A stretch of DNA of 64,000 nt from Octopus vulgaris (lineage: Eukaryota). Every line of letters starts with the position of its first letter. The stretch's first letter is position 1. Shown here piece after piece: positions 42,590 through 56,576 of the stretch. The notes below the pieces were generated by a model, which did not search any database, was not told the DNA's origin, and saw only the letters and a list, made by a program, of their open reading frames with translations. The translations under genes were made by a program, and so were the position numbers. The stretch spans positions 10,664,001 through 10,728,000 of the forward strand of contig OX597831.1 of the NCBI GenBank assembly GCA_951406725.2. The letters run 5' to 3'.

Positions 42590-43090
42590 TACACACAGAC
42601 ACACGCAGACACACAAATATTTTATAAAAGAAAGAGTGACAGTGGCTTCAGTTTAATGATACAATGTTTTGGCATAAAATTTCCCATAAAAAACAACCAT
42701 GAATACAGGTACACGTGTGTGCATTTGTGCGTGCGTATTTGTATGTGCGTGTGTCTGTGTGACCGTGTGTTCACTGAGCTATGCATCAGGTTTGTGTAAG
42801 AGGAAGATACTTTATTTCTTATACTGTTGTTGTTGTTTTTATTGTAGTATTTCATGTTTGGTCATTAAGGAGTATGGATGACTGGCCAAGTTCAGCTTGA
42901 GATTTGTGATCAATGGCTTATGAAATGGAAGCCGACTGTGACGAGAATTCGGGCACCTAAGTATATAATAGCACGTAAGGCATTGGACAGAGTGAGAAGT
43001 TAATCAGTAGAAGCACGATGGAGACGTAATAAGAACGATAATAATAACAATAATAACAACAACAACAACAACAACAATAATAATAATAAT

Positions 43091-43140
<50 letters not shown>

Positions 43141-43142
<2 letters not shown>

Positions 43143-43531
43143 TTCTTTTCTACTCTAGGTAACATGGCCCGAAATTTTGGGGGAGGGGCCAGTCGATGAG
43201 ATCGATCCCAGTGCATAACTGGTACTTAATTTATCGACGCCGAAATGATGAAAGGCAAAGTCGACCTCGGCGGAATTTGAATTCAGAAAGTAAAGACAGA
43301 CGAAATACCTATTTCTTTATTACCCACAAGGGGCTACACGCTGAGGGGACAAACAAGGACAGAGAAACGGATTAAGTCGAGTATATCGACCCCAGTGCAT
43401 AACTGGTACTTAATTTATCGACCCCGACAAGATGAAAGGCAAAGTCGACCTCGGCGGAATTTGAACTCAGAAAGTAAATACAGACGAAATACTGCTAAGC
43501 ATTTCGCTAACGCTTCTGCCAGCTCGCGCCT
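43141..43531 (-). mobile_element. SINE family A composite (tail-A unit plus headless tail-B unit) next to (AAT)n
   Basis: Junction GACGAAATAC|CTATTTC at about 43308. Confidence 0.88.
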
Positions 43532-43824
43532 TAGCAATAATAACTGCCGACATACTGGAGCACCGCCTTTAGTGGAAGGAATCGACCCCAGGGCTTATTC
43601 TTTGTAAGCCTAGTACTTATTCATTCCGTCTCTTTGCCGATGCGCTAAGTTACGCGGATTTAAACACACCAACATCGTTGTCAAGCGATGTTGGGGGGAC
43701 AAACACACAAACACAAATGCAGACACACACACGCACACAAACACACACACACATATATAAGCCTTCTGAATGGGTTTGATAGACGGAAACTGGAAGAAGC
43801 CCGTCGTATATATATACATATACG

Positions 43825-44127
43825 AGGGGCCCTAACAAATAATCAAAATCAGTCATGCCCTCAATTCTTTTAGTGAATGTCCCCTGGGGTCTCTCTCTCT
43901 TTTTTCTCTTTTTTCTCTTTTTACTTGTTTCAGTCATTTTGACTGCGGCCATGCTGGAGCACCGCATTTAGCCGAGCAACTCAACCCCCGGGACTTATTA
44001 TTTTTAAGCCTAGTACTTATTCTATTGGTCTCTTTTGCCGAACCGCTAAGTGACGGGGACGTAAACACACCAGCATCGGTTGTCAAGAAATGCTAGGGGG
44101 ACAAACACAGACACACAAACATACACG

Positions 44128-44158
<31 letters not shown>

Positions 44159-44480
44159 ATATATACGACGGGATTCTTTCAGTTTCCGTCTACCAAATCC
44201 ACTCACAAGGCTTTGGTCGGCCCGAGGCTATAGTAGAAGACACTTGCCCAAAGTGCCACGCAGTGGGACTGAACCCGGAACCATGTGGTTTGTAAGCAAG
44301 CAACTTACCACACAGCCACTCCTACGCCTAGGAGTCAAGTTTTGAAATGTTTTGTCTTTTTGAGGTGTAACCGTACAAAGGAGGAGAAAAGAGTAATGAT
44401 AACACCATGTTCTCTGGACAGGAAGGTTTTTAGGTTTTGTTGGGCAACATGGCTGAGAGTCATCTGGCCCCACTCATGTA
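43825..44480 (-). mobile_element. CR1/L2 LINE fragment split by a full-length SINE family B (43888-44328)
   Basis: 43825-43889 and 44330-44430 align contiguously with 49735-49915. Confidence 0.8.
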
Positions 44481-45841
44481 GCTGTTTCTATTGTCCTTCC
44501 TTAAGTTTAAAGACAGCGTTATTGAAATTCGTATCTTTAATATATCGTGTTGAACATGTCTACCATTTTCTTCAAAGCATTGCTTTTTTTTATTTAAATT
44601 AAAATCTTTGTTTTTTTATATGTTGCTTTCATTTAGTGCATATATGTGCATGTGAGTGTACGTTGTGTAATTATCTTTGTGTTTGAGTGTGTATTTGAGA
44701 CATGGTGGTGGAAACAGATGCCTATACTAAATTATGTGTGAGCGGGAATGTCTCTCAGTATTTCCATTCAAATATTCAACAAAGCAACAACAGGTTTTAG
44801 AAATATGATTCTTTTGTTGAAATGCTGAAAACAACGAAACTATGAAATTTGAATTTCCATTAAATAATAAGCATATTGCGTGAAGAAAAAAAAAGAGAAA
44901 AGCTTCCTATAAACAATATATATTTTATCCGCTCAAATTTTTAAATCTACAAATCTAAGATTTTCGAAGTTTAAAAATCATTCAACACGACATAGTTTGA
45001 AATATGAATACAAAAAAAGCCAGTTGTATTCTTTATTTTATACTTCATGACAAACACTGTTTGTTGCCTTTCCTGTTTTGTACTGGGCTAGGATTAGATA
45101 AGAACCCTATACCAATTATTATCAGTTCACCTCGTGTTAACTCGGAGGTTTAGGGTTTATACTCAATCGAAAACAATTTGTTCATTTAACTATTCGTATG
45201 GGAATCAATGATTGTTTGATGTTTAGATCCTCTTTCTGCTATACGTACGTTTGTGCTCAACATCCTGAAAGTTGTCTACATCGACATTTGAATCCGATAT
45301 AAATAACAGTCCATTGTCCCTCACATAACTATACCCTAACAAAAGGTAACTTTGGATAGCCAAGATCTATAGCTACAGTACAACATGATTATTTTAATTA
45401 AATAGATTCATGAAATTGAAAATATCACGACTAGTAATCGTTTGGTCTTTGGGTATTCGAACAGAGTGAACCTGAAGCTACACAAAAGCGATATCACAAA
45501 ACTGTAGGTTTCGTTATAACCCGACGCTTTACAAGATTTCATCCAGTTTCCCAATTTACAACCGTTTTTAAGCATTACTTTGTGGCATGATGTATTCCAG
45601 TAGCCTCTAGAAACTCTGAATATCTGAATGCTAGCTAACAACATATATGGTTGAACAGATTCAACCGCAGCATATTTCCTCAAATTATTTACTGTATGCA
45701 ATAACGATGAATATTTAACTGCAGCATATCTCTCAACCTTAAGAGAGAAAACAAAAGGAAGACTATCCTTGGTCCTTTATAACCCTTTAATAGTAAGTCG
45801 GAAACTTTCCCCAATCCCTCTCACTCTGAATCATTTATTAA

Positions 45842-47006
45842 CACAAGAAAGACCAGAGTTTCCACCTATCTTTAAGGACCAGAACGCGTGAATTGACACA
45901 AAACTGTTTTTCAGTTTGAAAGCGGGAGAAAAAAAGAATAGGCGAAGTAGAAAACCTTTATTAAATCTATGAATCTATTGAATTTTATGCCTTCACGATC
46001 ATATTAATCGCAATAGTTTGATACTTTTAAAAGAAATTTATTCTAACGAAATAAAAAGTAATTTATTGAAATTCTAAACATTCATTGCAGAGTTTAAGCG
46101 CACAGAGGTCTTGTACAGATTCCATATATTTCCGTGGTTCTCTTTCCGCATTTTGTTCTCACACTTGTACATCTGACATTATTTCTAGAGGTAGATGTTT
46201 CTTCAGTTGGGCGTTTGATACTGCATGAACGTCGGTGAGGGGAATCATCACAAAGCTCTTCAGAAACCTTTTGAATATATTCCTCTCGACTAATGACTGA
46301 GTTGCAAACACTTGTGTGTATTCCCGAGACGTTTATAAGAGCAACATCCATAATATTTTCAAAAAGTGCATTGGCAATTGTCTACTTCTTGCTTTGACTG
46401 AACAAAGCCTTGCCATTTATTCACGTACATCTAAGCCTACCTTATTTTTGTGATAAAAATGTATGGTGTCACGCTTCTTCTTGGGGTTATTTTCAAAAGG
46501 AACTTCTTCATGTTGATGTGAGGTGCCCAAAACAAACAACAGGCATATTTGTTTTTGTTTTTTGCATTGGTACGATGAGTGACATTCGGTTTCCCTGTGG
46601 CTTTCAAAACCACAATTTCATGGACAGGTTTCAACTGTTTTACAGCTTCTGGTAATTCTTTTCTCCTCTGAGGAATTATTTCCACTAAACTGCAGTTTTG
46701 TTTTGCGAGCTGTAAAGGCTAAGCAATAATTGAATATTTAAAACCTTGTCACTTGTATTTATAAACAAGAGCAGATGCAAGTTTTGAAAGATTCCAACGC
46801 GCCAATTGACTCTTGTGGTCCCTATAATTAGCATCAGGTTTATTCATTTTACAGACAATGCAGACAACCTATAATTTATAGTGTAAATAGGTAGCATAAA
46901 ACTATGAAAAGCCAAGCACTACGATGTCAAAATTTACAATAGTTTTTGAATTGTGAGCAATTAAGATTTCAAAATGCTCCAATTGACGCATTCGGTCTTT
47001 TTAGTA
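45842..47006 (-). mobile_element. Internally deleted piggyBac transposon with transposase C-terminal remnant
   Basis: TTAA flanks (45838-45841, 47007-47010); TIRs CACAAGAAAGACC / (rc) TACTAAAAAGACC; MDVALIN..ISREEYIQKVSEEL..C..KCGKRT...C.RPLC Cys-rich tail. Confidence 0.85.
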
Positions 47007-47373
47007 TTAAAACATTTGTAAAAAAAAAGAAAGAAGGTAAGAAGCTAACTTGTGAGTTTCGATGTGGTTGCCCAGTTTATTGAAAATAACAGCTATACCT
47101 TCAAATCACTCCAAACTGAGTTGTCAAAAGACGAGCGCATTGAATAGCGTAGTACTAGATACACTATACACACAAAAAGATGGTTTAAATGTGGTAACGA
47201 CGTTTTTCAACGTCATTCAGCTTTTTCGATCAAAACTCGCCTCACTAGCTTCTAGGCTACAAGGAGGTAAAGAAACCAAAATCGGTTGTCAAGCGGTGGT
47301 GCAGGTAGGCGGCAGACACAAAGACATAAAATATACCCTCAAACATATGTATATTACACAAACACACACGCAC

Positions 47374-47425
<52 letters not shown>

Positions 47426-47438
47426 TCTCCCTATATAC

Positions 47439-47522
<84 letters not shown>

Positions 47523-47524
47523 AT

Positions 47525-47745
47525 AGGGAGAGTTTACGAAAAAAACAAAAGACGAAGACAGGTGGTGTACAAAACAAACATATGTATTAGTATAACGCTC
47601 AGGAATAGAAAATATCTTTTATGTTTCGAGCCTACACTCTTCTACAGAAAGGGACACAGAACAAAAACAAGGAGAGAAAAAATTTGTGTAGTGGCTAACG
47701 ATCTATCATGGCGACTGACTTCGGACAGAAGGGTCACACACGAGA
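47525..47745 (-). mobile_element. (TA)n-adjacent element with a decayed minimal hammerhead
   Basis: Minus strand 47651-47616: CTTT-CTGTAGA-A-GAG TGTAGG CTC-GAAA-CAT-A-AAAG. Confidence 0.55.
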
Positions 47746-48328
47746 GGGCAATATATCTACAACGGTTTTCAATGCAGTTACCGTGCACCGAATTCGTTGA
47801 CAAGATATTGACTGACCTGGACAACTTGTCACACAGCGGGGACGAAAGCCGAAACTACGTGACAGCAAAACGGGATTCGCAACCACGTTGCCGCGTCTGC
47901 GCCTACATTGCAAAAGTGCTAAATCACCTCTGAAATAATGGAAGGTGTAGTTTTATACGACAGTAATTGAGCATGAAATGTAATGACCCGGATGTATCAA
48001 AGCTAGTCATTTTATCCGAGGCTTTCATTCTTCTATAAATCTACCGGTTTCAGACTCCTTAAACTTTTCTGAAAAATACCAGACATATTTATTTTTTAAA
48101 AAGTTTCAAATAATATTTTATCTAATGGGCATAGACTGCGACGTCAGATATAAAAAAAAAGAGACAAATTGTGAAAATGCATCCACACACACATACACCC
48201 CCTCCACCACACATATATAAATATATATATATAAGTGTATATATATATATATGGGGGGGGGTGTATAAATATATATAAATATATATATATATATTTATAT
48301 GCATATATATATATATATATATACATAC

Positions 48329-48366
<38 letters not shown>

Positions 48367-48512
48367 TATATATACATATGTATATATATATATACATATG
48401 TATATATATACATATATATTTATATATATATATATAAATATATATACAAACACATAAACAATTACAAAAAAAAAACTACTAATAGTGTCATGATTTAAGA
48501 CATACAGAGAGC

Positions 48513-48543
<31 letters not shown>

Positions 48544-49051
48544 GTATATATATATATAGAGAGCGAGAGGGAGAGAGAGAGAGTCAGAGAGAGAAAGAGG
48601 GGGAGAGCTATTACAATAATTTCTCTGACAGGTTGTGAATAACAAACTAAGAGAAATTGTCTGGTATGAAATTGAATCTGTATTCTAGAATCTATATTAA
48701 GATTTTTTTCTAAACATCTGTAAATTCACAGGAAGCCTTAAGACTATATTAAGACATATGTACAGATTTATTAATTTAAAGAGTGTTTAGTCATTTGTTG
48801 AGTTACATTACTGTAGGGCATAGGAACGCATCCACTCACAGAAAGAGATGCGTGAGTATGGGTGTGTGTGTGTGTCTAAAGGTATGTGAGTGTATATATG
48901 TGTGTGTTGTAGGGGCGTAATTACAAAAGTATATATATGTGTGTGTATGTATGTGCATGTATCTGTGTGTGTTTGTATATGTATATGTGTGCGTGTATAT
49001 GTGTATGTATGTGTGTTTATATATGTGCGTGTTTGTGTGTTTCTGTGTTTG

Positions 49052-49108
<57 letters not shown>

Positions 49109-49124
49109 ACATACATGTGTGTGC

Positions 49125-49183
<59 letters not shown>

Positions 49184-49299
49184 CTTCCGTTTAATCAATA
49201 GAAAAGAAAGTAACTCCGGGGAGAAAAGTTTCGTACATGCCATTTATTTGATGATATAGAACTAAGATAAAATATAAATAACTTCGATATATTTCGACA

Positions 49300-50845
49300 G
49301 AAGTTTGGTCCAGGCCATGTCCAATTAAATAGCACCACCTGACAGGATCAGTTAAATCCTCTTTAAGTCAAGTTTAGTGGTTTCATGGTCATTGAGTTCT
49401 TGTTGAGAGTGTTGCCTTCGGATGTAAGTGGTTTATCTGGTTTTCCATGGAGGAATTTTCTAGGTTCCGTTTAAAAGTGATAGGTTCCTTTTCATCTTTC
49501 ATCTGTTTCGGGGCAATGTTAAATAGGGCGATGCCTGTTGCGGATAAGAATTTGTGTTGCAATGTATGTGTTGTGATCCTGAATTGGGTAGGGGGAATTT
49601 GGCGCTTGGATCTAGCCTTCGATAAATTTTAAAGCTAACGTTGAGGTTGTTTGGGCAATGCTGGTGTTATATCGTGCAAATGATGTATCCCTCATGGTGG
49701 CCTGGGAGAGAATAGAGTTTCAATGCTTTAAGACGGTCCCAATAATCGTCATCAGTCATGACCTTAATTCTTTTAGTGAATGCCCCTTGGGGTGATTCAA
49801 TTTTCGAGATGTTTTGCTTTGTATGGGGAGGCTACAGGTGTCAACGTTATTCGAGGTGTGGCCGTACAAAGGAGGAGAAAAGACTAATGATAACACCTTG
49901 TTCTCTGGACTGGAATGTACTTTGGATCCAGGAGCTATATCGACCTTATTACTGATGTGGGCACACCAACTGGGATTGTTATCAACAATTACGACTAGGA
50001 TTCTGACGTTATTCGATGCTGTGAGTGGTTCCTCTGAAGGAAGGAAGTATGGCTGATTTAGTATAGTCTTTCTTCCAAAATGCATCAGCTCAAATTCTCC
50101 TTCATTTATTTACATTTTGGTTTTTTTCTGCCCATTTACTCACAGTATGAAGACCCAACAGGAATTCAGTCTTATTCTCCATTGATAATATTTTGGAGCT
50201 TGGAGTCATCAGCGAATATTTTCACTTTGCTGTGATTTATGGTGCTGAAAAGGGCGTTTACAGACTATAAAGAAAATCTGGCCCTTGACAATCCCTTGAA
50301 GGACACAATTGATGACTTTTCCTGGGCTTGAGTGGATTCTACCGATCACAGCATGTTGTGTTCTGTTCCCCAGTAAATCCTGAATCCAGTGTAATAGTTT
50401 CCCACGGATTCCAACATTTGACAATCTTGATAGTAGGATATTGTGGTCGACTCTGGTGAACGCCTTACTGAAGTCAAGATATATGACATCAAACTTCGAA
50501 CCTGATCCCAAGACTTTAAGGACATCATCGATGTGGTGTAAAAGCTGCGTTAGACAGTCCTTGAGGCAGCAAAAGCCATGCTGCTTTGAATTTAGGAGAT
50601 TGTGGATCGCCAGGATGCCAGCTATCCTTGATCTCATCACCTTTTCAAACACCTTAATGAAATAGGAGGTGGGTGAGACTAGGTGATAGTTGATTGCAAG
50701 GGATATTTGAAAACCGTGATGACAGACTGTGATAAGAGATCTGAGTCTAAAGAATTCATCCAGCCATTGGTTAGAGGGACTGCAAGTTGGTGTCCATATT
50801 CCTTCAGGAGATTAGCGGGGAATCTATCAGTGCCTACAGTAGAAC
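49300..50845 (-). mobile_element. Old CR1/L2-group LINE (RT pseudogene)
   Basis: KQHGF..CLTQLL..DVIYLDFSKAF.RVDH, IFADDSKL; 3' UTR CAGGTGGTGCTATT..GACATGGCCTGG is shared with 25039-25072. Confidence 0.9.
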
Positions 50846-51244
50846 AGTATTTAATCTCACGTTTATATATATATATATAAAAGAAATGTTCTCTTCTGTA
50901 AATCTCTCAAAGTGAGATATACAGTAACAGCACCATAAAGTGATAACTTTTTGCCTACATAATATGGCAGACCCAGGATGGGACAAATGCTGCTGCTATT
51001 TTTAGCCCCAGGAAACCTCGTTTCTAGCTGACTATACGACACCAAAAGTTCTGTGTCATATTTTCTTATATATTTCAGGGAAGATCAATAGCTCCATCCA
51101 GCACAACTTCGCATCCAAGAAACGGTTTCTGTGATATTGATTTTTGCTAGCGTGTGTGCGCGCGCGTGTGTGTGTGTGTAGGTATACATATATGTATACA
51201 TGAATGTATGTATTTGAACGGATTCTTTTAACATTACTGATGTG

Positions 51245-51825
51245 TGTTTTTTAAATATTCTATTCAAACGTCCTCTTTTACGAATCTGGTACGTTACGGG
51301 AACAAACAACAAAAGCGCCAGATGTGAAACGGTGGTGGGGACACAGACACAGACACAAAGATAATCACACACATGCACACACGCAAACACACACACACAA
51401 ACACAAGATACGTGCTGGGGGATTCCAGTCGATTTTTGTCTCCAAATTCATTCACCAGGCATTTGTCAGTCCGGGGTTTATTGTAACAGAAACTTGCCCA
51501 ATGTGTTGCGCTTTGAGACCCAGCCCCAAATGGCATCGGTGCCAATCGAACTTCCGAATCACACGCCTTTCCTGTGAGTGGGGTGGATACTCCTACATTC
51601 GGACGGGCAGAACTAGACACACTGTTTCGTGTCAGACTGAGTTATCTCCCCTCAGCCACTAACATCTTAGCATTTATTATTAAAATACCAAATCCATTCA
51701 CAAGGCTTTGGTCGGTCCGAAATTATAGTAGAAAACACTTGACCAAGTTGTCTGGCAATGGGACTGAACCTGGAGCTATGTGCTCGAGAACGAAGCTTCT
51801 TAACACACACCCAAGGAAGCACCTA
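51245..51825 (-). mobile_element. Old SINE family B fragments
   Basis: CCAAAT.CATTCAC.AGGC..TG and GGGACTGAACC landmarks. Confidence 0.55.
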
Positions 51826-52448
51826 TTATAGAAATATAAACCCAGGTTCAGGTGACCCCTGTTGAGAACCAATATATTAAATGACCAGCAAGTTCTCACC
51901 ACTTGTCAAACCTAATAAAATTGAAAGGATGCACCTATTAATACTAGGAAGTATGGTGTTAAGAGTTAATGATGATTGTATGGAGTATTAATTTGTCAAA
52001 CACCTTCTCTCAAAATAAATGGAGTTTATCTTGATTCAATATCTGTTATGTGGGAATAAACATTAAGGAAATGTGTTTTGCTGTTCGCTTCTTGATAAGT
52101 TTTCTGTGCATTGAGAGAAAACTAATCACTAGAGGACGACTTTGAATTATGCCCTGTCGTTGTTGTATATATGTTTCGCAGCAAGATTTGTCAGCTCCCT
52201 TCAAGGGTCAAGTGTAGGTGACAAGGTTAAAGTGGGTTCATATTATTTAGTATACTGGTGTATATGGTTATAAGTTTCTGAGGATGTAAATGAATGTGCG
52301 TGTGTGTGTTATTCCTTAACAAAGATGGTATTCACTGGAATTTCGAAGTCATTGTTGATATTTTTCTTGTTAATGAAAAAACAAATATGTACTGTGCAAA
52401 AATATTCAGTGATTTTTTCATTATAATTCAAAATTGTTTTTTCTATAG

Positions 52449-52718
52449 CTTCACATAAAAACAAACATATGTTCATTTGCTTTGGATATGGGCAGCATCT
52501 GTACCTTCAAAAAACACAGTTTCAATTTCATCGACATCTGTGCGAAAGAGACTTCTTTCGGGGAAGCATATGATGTGCTACTGGAATATCGAAAGGGAGC
52601 CGCAGGGAAAAAAGGTATCCAACTGGAGAGAAACAGGAAAGATGTTGCAGTGTCGAGAGTATTGGTAAAAGTCACTGATGGTCAGTTCTTGATGAGGAGC
52701 AAAGGACTTAAGTATTAA
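52449..52718 (+). CDS. Candidate last coding exon of an unidentified small protein
   Basis: Polypyrimidine..TATAG acceptor ending 52448; 89 open codons (LHIKTNICSFALDMGSICTF..MRSKGLKY*); TAA directly followed by a GTAAGT donor. No recognised homology. Confidence 0.35.
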   Translation, partial: LHIKTNICSFALDMGSICTFKKHSFNFIDICAKETSFGEAYDVLLEYRKGAAGKKGIQLERNRKDVAVSRVLVKVTDGQFLMRSKGLKY

Positions 52719-53216
52719 GTAAGTACAACTTCGACGGTTTCGACAATTAGTATCCAGTAATTCGAACAACTGAACTACAAGTTCATTGACTTAACAGCCA
52801 ATCTTTCTATAGAGTCGTGCAACATTAATGTAATTCTCGGACAGAAAAAACACCGTATAATATGTGACAATACCGGACTTCTAAATTCCAGCTACAACCC
52901 AGTGTGATGGGGTTAGTTCTTTTAAAGAAGACAGTCATTGAACGATGTATAATTTAAAATTCTATTTGTTACTGTACGATTCACATAGTCTGGTTTGTTT
53001 CATGGACTGCGAATCGACTGCGCTTTGTTGTGGCACCTACTAAGTATTTTTGAACGTCTGATGAATGGATCTGCATATTCTCTTGCAACTGATAAGTGTA
53101 TTCACGTTTAGTTTTGTTATAAATTACAAAATAATTTCAGGAAAAATTCATTAAAACTTATGATAGGTATTTCAGGTAATGTTTAAGGAATACATAATTT
53201 GCTTGTTCCATTGCAG

Positions 53217-53250
53217 ATTAAAAATGCAAAGAAACTAGAATAAATAAAGT
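53217..53250 (+). other. Candidate short terminal non-coding exon with poly(A) signal
   Basis: TTTGCTTGTTCCATTGCAG acceptor, then overlapping AATAAA at 53239-53248. Confidence 0.3.
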
Positions 53251-54135
53251 AAACATAAGGTAATTTAAAAACGACTGGCAGCGAAGTGAATTGAATCAGT
53301 AAAAGAAAAAAATGTGAAGACAGAAATATTTAATTCTTGCGAATGTACCAAAATACCTTTCGATTCGGTATAAATCCCATTAAGAAATAATATTAGTCTT
53401 TATCACTTCTAGCTATCATTTTGCGATGTTTTTAGTATGAACTTTCTCGTCATTCTTGCATTCGAACGAGTTTAGGTATTCATTGAAGCGTGTATGCATG
53501 TAAGGACAAGTATATGTGCGGATGTCTGCGTGCGTGTGTTGCTGTTGTTTATTATATGGGTGTGTGTGTGTGTGAATGCGTAGAAATATGTCTAAACCTC
53601 AATATAACAAATGAGAGGAGATATTTTTACAAGTATATATATTTATCTTTAAAATGTATTTTTCCCATATTTGTAGGATCAGGGAGAGAATTAATTTATC
53701 CAACGAGGGAATGATATCATGGCACGCTGTAGAAGCTCATCCCACCACGGCGCTATCGGAGCATGAAATTCATAGTAACTTACTTGTAAATATTGCTTTT
53801 TTTAAATATGTATTTTACATATATTTCGATATATTATATAAATTTATATTCGTGTACACATATAATTCACCATCATTTATTATATATCACCTTCATTTAT
53901 TATATATTGCAGGGAAAAACAAAAGCTATTTACATATGCATTTTGCCAACAAACTAAAAATCTATTATTCGGTGAATCGGTCATAAGAGAATTTAACGGT
54001 TCTACCAAGCATAAAATGAGGGCACAAAAGGACTACTTACATATATTTTCGCGATGTTTTCTTTTCTTTTGCATGGGTGAATATGTATGGATGGATATAG
54101 GCTTATATACATATATCAATATAAGTGTAAATATA

Positions 54136-54949
54136 TCGGGTCAACCCATAAATGATGCGGTTTTTCAATTCCATGCACTAAATTTGGGGGGGAACGGGAT
54201 AAACTACCTGCATCAACTTGCTATAAAGCAGTAAAAGGATTTTACCTCGTCCTTATTCTCAGTGCAAATTTGAAGGGTGCAGTTCGATTTTAAGAGTTAT
54301 TTTTCAAAGCTATAAGGAAAGTGACATAGAAATATATTCGGCCTGTTTTGCTTTACGCGTTCAATAAAGGCAACAACGGAACGGAAAGTGCGAGGAATGT
54401 TAATGCAGTATATGGGGATCGGACAATAAGCATAAGCCAGTGTCTACGGTGGTTCCAAAAATACCGAACAGGAAACTACAGCCTAGAAGACGAGTCTCGT
54501 CCTGGATGATCTGTAGAACTCGACGTAACTGTTTAGGAACTTGTAGAGAAGCTTGGATTTGGTTCAAGTCAACGCTAGAAGAAAAACGACCATGTTTGGT
54601 TTCAAGACAAAAGGCGTTCTTCCATCAGAATAATGCTCGGCCACATACAGCGAGGACGACATTCCAAAGGTTGGAGCTGTTTGAATGGGAAACGGTACCC
54701 CACCTATCATATGCGCCGTACATTGCCCTGTCTACAGTCTTCAAAATGATTAGGGTGGAAAAATGTGAATTCTGTAGACAAGGTGAGAACAGTACTGGAG
54801 GGGTACTTTTCGTCATGGACAAGTGAATTTTGGAAGCGGGGCCTTGCAAGTCTACCAGATAGATAGAAGAGCATTGTAGAAAAGGACGGAGAGTATATTT
54901 TAGATTATATTTTAGAATTAAAAACCGCATTATTTATGGGATTACCCAA
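54136..54949 (+). mobile_element. Internally deleted mariner transposon
   Basis: TIRs TCGGGTCAACCCATAAATGATGCGGTTTTT / (rc) TTGGGTAATCCCATAAATAATGCGGTTTTT; TA flanks; FHQNNARPHTA and PHLSYAPYIALS resemble HDNARPH and HPPYSPDLAPS. Confidence 0.92.
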
Positions 54950-54964
54950 TATATACATACATAC

Positions 54965-55130
54965 TGGTTTCAAATTTTGACACAAGGCCAGCAGTGGTGG
55001 TGGAGTAAGACGATTACATCGATCAACTGGTACTTATTTTATCGAACAGAAAGTTATGAAAGGCAAAGTCGACCTCGTCGGAATTCGAACTCAAAACATA
55101 AAAACGGGCGAAATGCTGTTAAGCAGCATT
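54965..55130 (-). mobile_element. Old SINE family A (tail-B), headless
   Basis: ATGAAAGGCAAAGTCGACCTCG..GAACTCA. Confidence 0.75.
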
Positions 55131-55344
55131 TTGCCTTACCATACATATTATACACAGACACACACACACATATCATCGGCCGCTTGTTCAACATGTACTT
55201 ATTTTTCCACGCTGTTGATATTGTTTTTGTGTCTCTCTGTTTGTCTCAAAGCCGTAGGGCGCCTGTGTCATCCATGTTTTTAATCGTTACTGTCACCAAA
55301 AAAGATTTTTTGTTTCATGTTCGTCTCTGTTGCGTTTCATTCTT

Positions 55345-55410
55345 TCCTTCTGTGGCTGGCTGATTCAGAGCGGATCTCAGAATTAAACAGCCGAAATCTG
55401 CGATGAGGGA
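55345..55410 (+). ncRNA. Decayed hammerhead-like motif
   Basis: Stem I TCCTT/AGGGA, stem II GGCTG..CAGCC, GAAA, stem III ATC-TGC-GAT. The core reads CTGTGGCT (degenerate) and H17 = G. Confidence 0.4.
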
Positions 55411-56576
55411 TCAGTTTCTGACTGAAGAATGAAGGCTTTGAATGACCCGTTTGTCTTTTATGTTCGTCCCTTCGTGTATTTCACGTTATTTATTTATGTA
55501 AAGGTTTATTATACATATATATACGCATTAGTGTATATATTCGTGTGTGTATATATATGTGTGTGTGTATCCTCTGTGTCTGTGAGAGTGTGTTAGTGCG
55601 CGTGTGTGTTCTTTGGTGCATACGTGAAGATGTTTCACTACTTCTCTTTCTCTCCGTAGCTGGCCATAATAGTTTTTTTTTTTTCACCAAGATATTATTA
55701 AACGGGATAAACAAAGCAGATAAAGACCTAACCGCATCCATAAGCAGGGATGCTCTGATCGTATGAAGGAGAGGATTGGCTTTAAGAGTCTGTAAAATAT
55801 TTAATCTTCTATATCCTGTTCAAATTTTGTCACCTTTTGTTCCACAATATTGAACCGATTTAATCGTATCTCATCAGCTCAAAGAATATATATGTCATTC
55901 GTAAAAGAATGGCTTTGAATTGAATACTTCTAATGGTTCCCATCAGTTATTTGTGCGCACATATGTGTATACATTTATATAAAGTTGAAGACAGCTGGCT
56001 TTTGCCACTGCTATTTTCAATGGATAAATGTTATTCCTCTAAAACAAGCGGTTTTATTCCTTTCGAGACGAATGTGTAAACATGTCGTCTGCTGTATTTG
56101 CCGCATCGTTGCTCTCTTGGAAACTTCCATGATTTCAATCTCCGTTTAACAATACAAATTCTGCCGACTCTGACCTTATCATGCCATAAACTCCAATCTA
56201 TCAATACACAATGATATTCGATTGCAACGAAGGTTTGGATCAAGTCTGCGATGCTTTTCAATGTATTGCTTAAATGGCAAATTTGTTAAAATATATTTAT
56301 TCTAGGAAAAACGGTGAATTTATAAAACGATGTTTAAAAAAGAAATTCTTTTGAATGTGTCTGAAATATAAATGGTGATCTGCTATGCCTGAGAAAGAGA
56401 ATCAACTTTCAGTGTGAACGTCAATTTAATACCATAGTTGAAACATGTCGCCATTAGTGAATAGGGCAAATAGCTATACCATACTGTGCTGATTGCAAGC
56501 ATTTTTGGCATTCGATAATGCATATATATATGTATGTATGTATGTATATATATATATGTATGTATATATATACAGT

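Noticed and set aside
45226-45350. AG...GTAACT exon-like segment
   Set aside because: Stop codons occur in all three frames.
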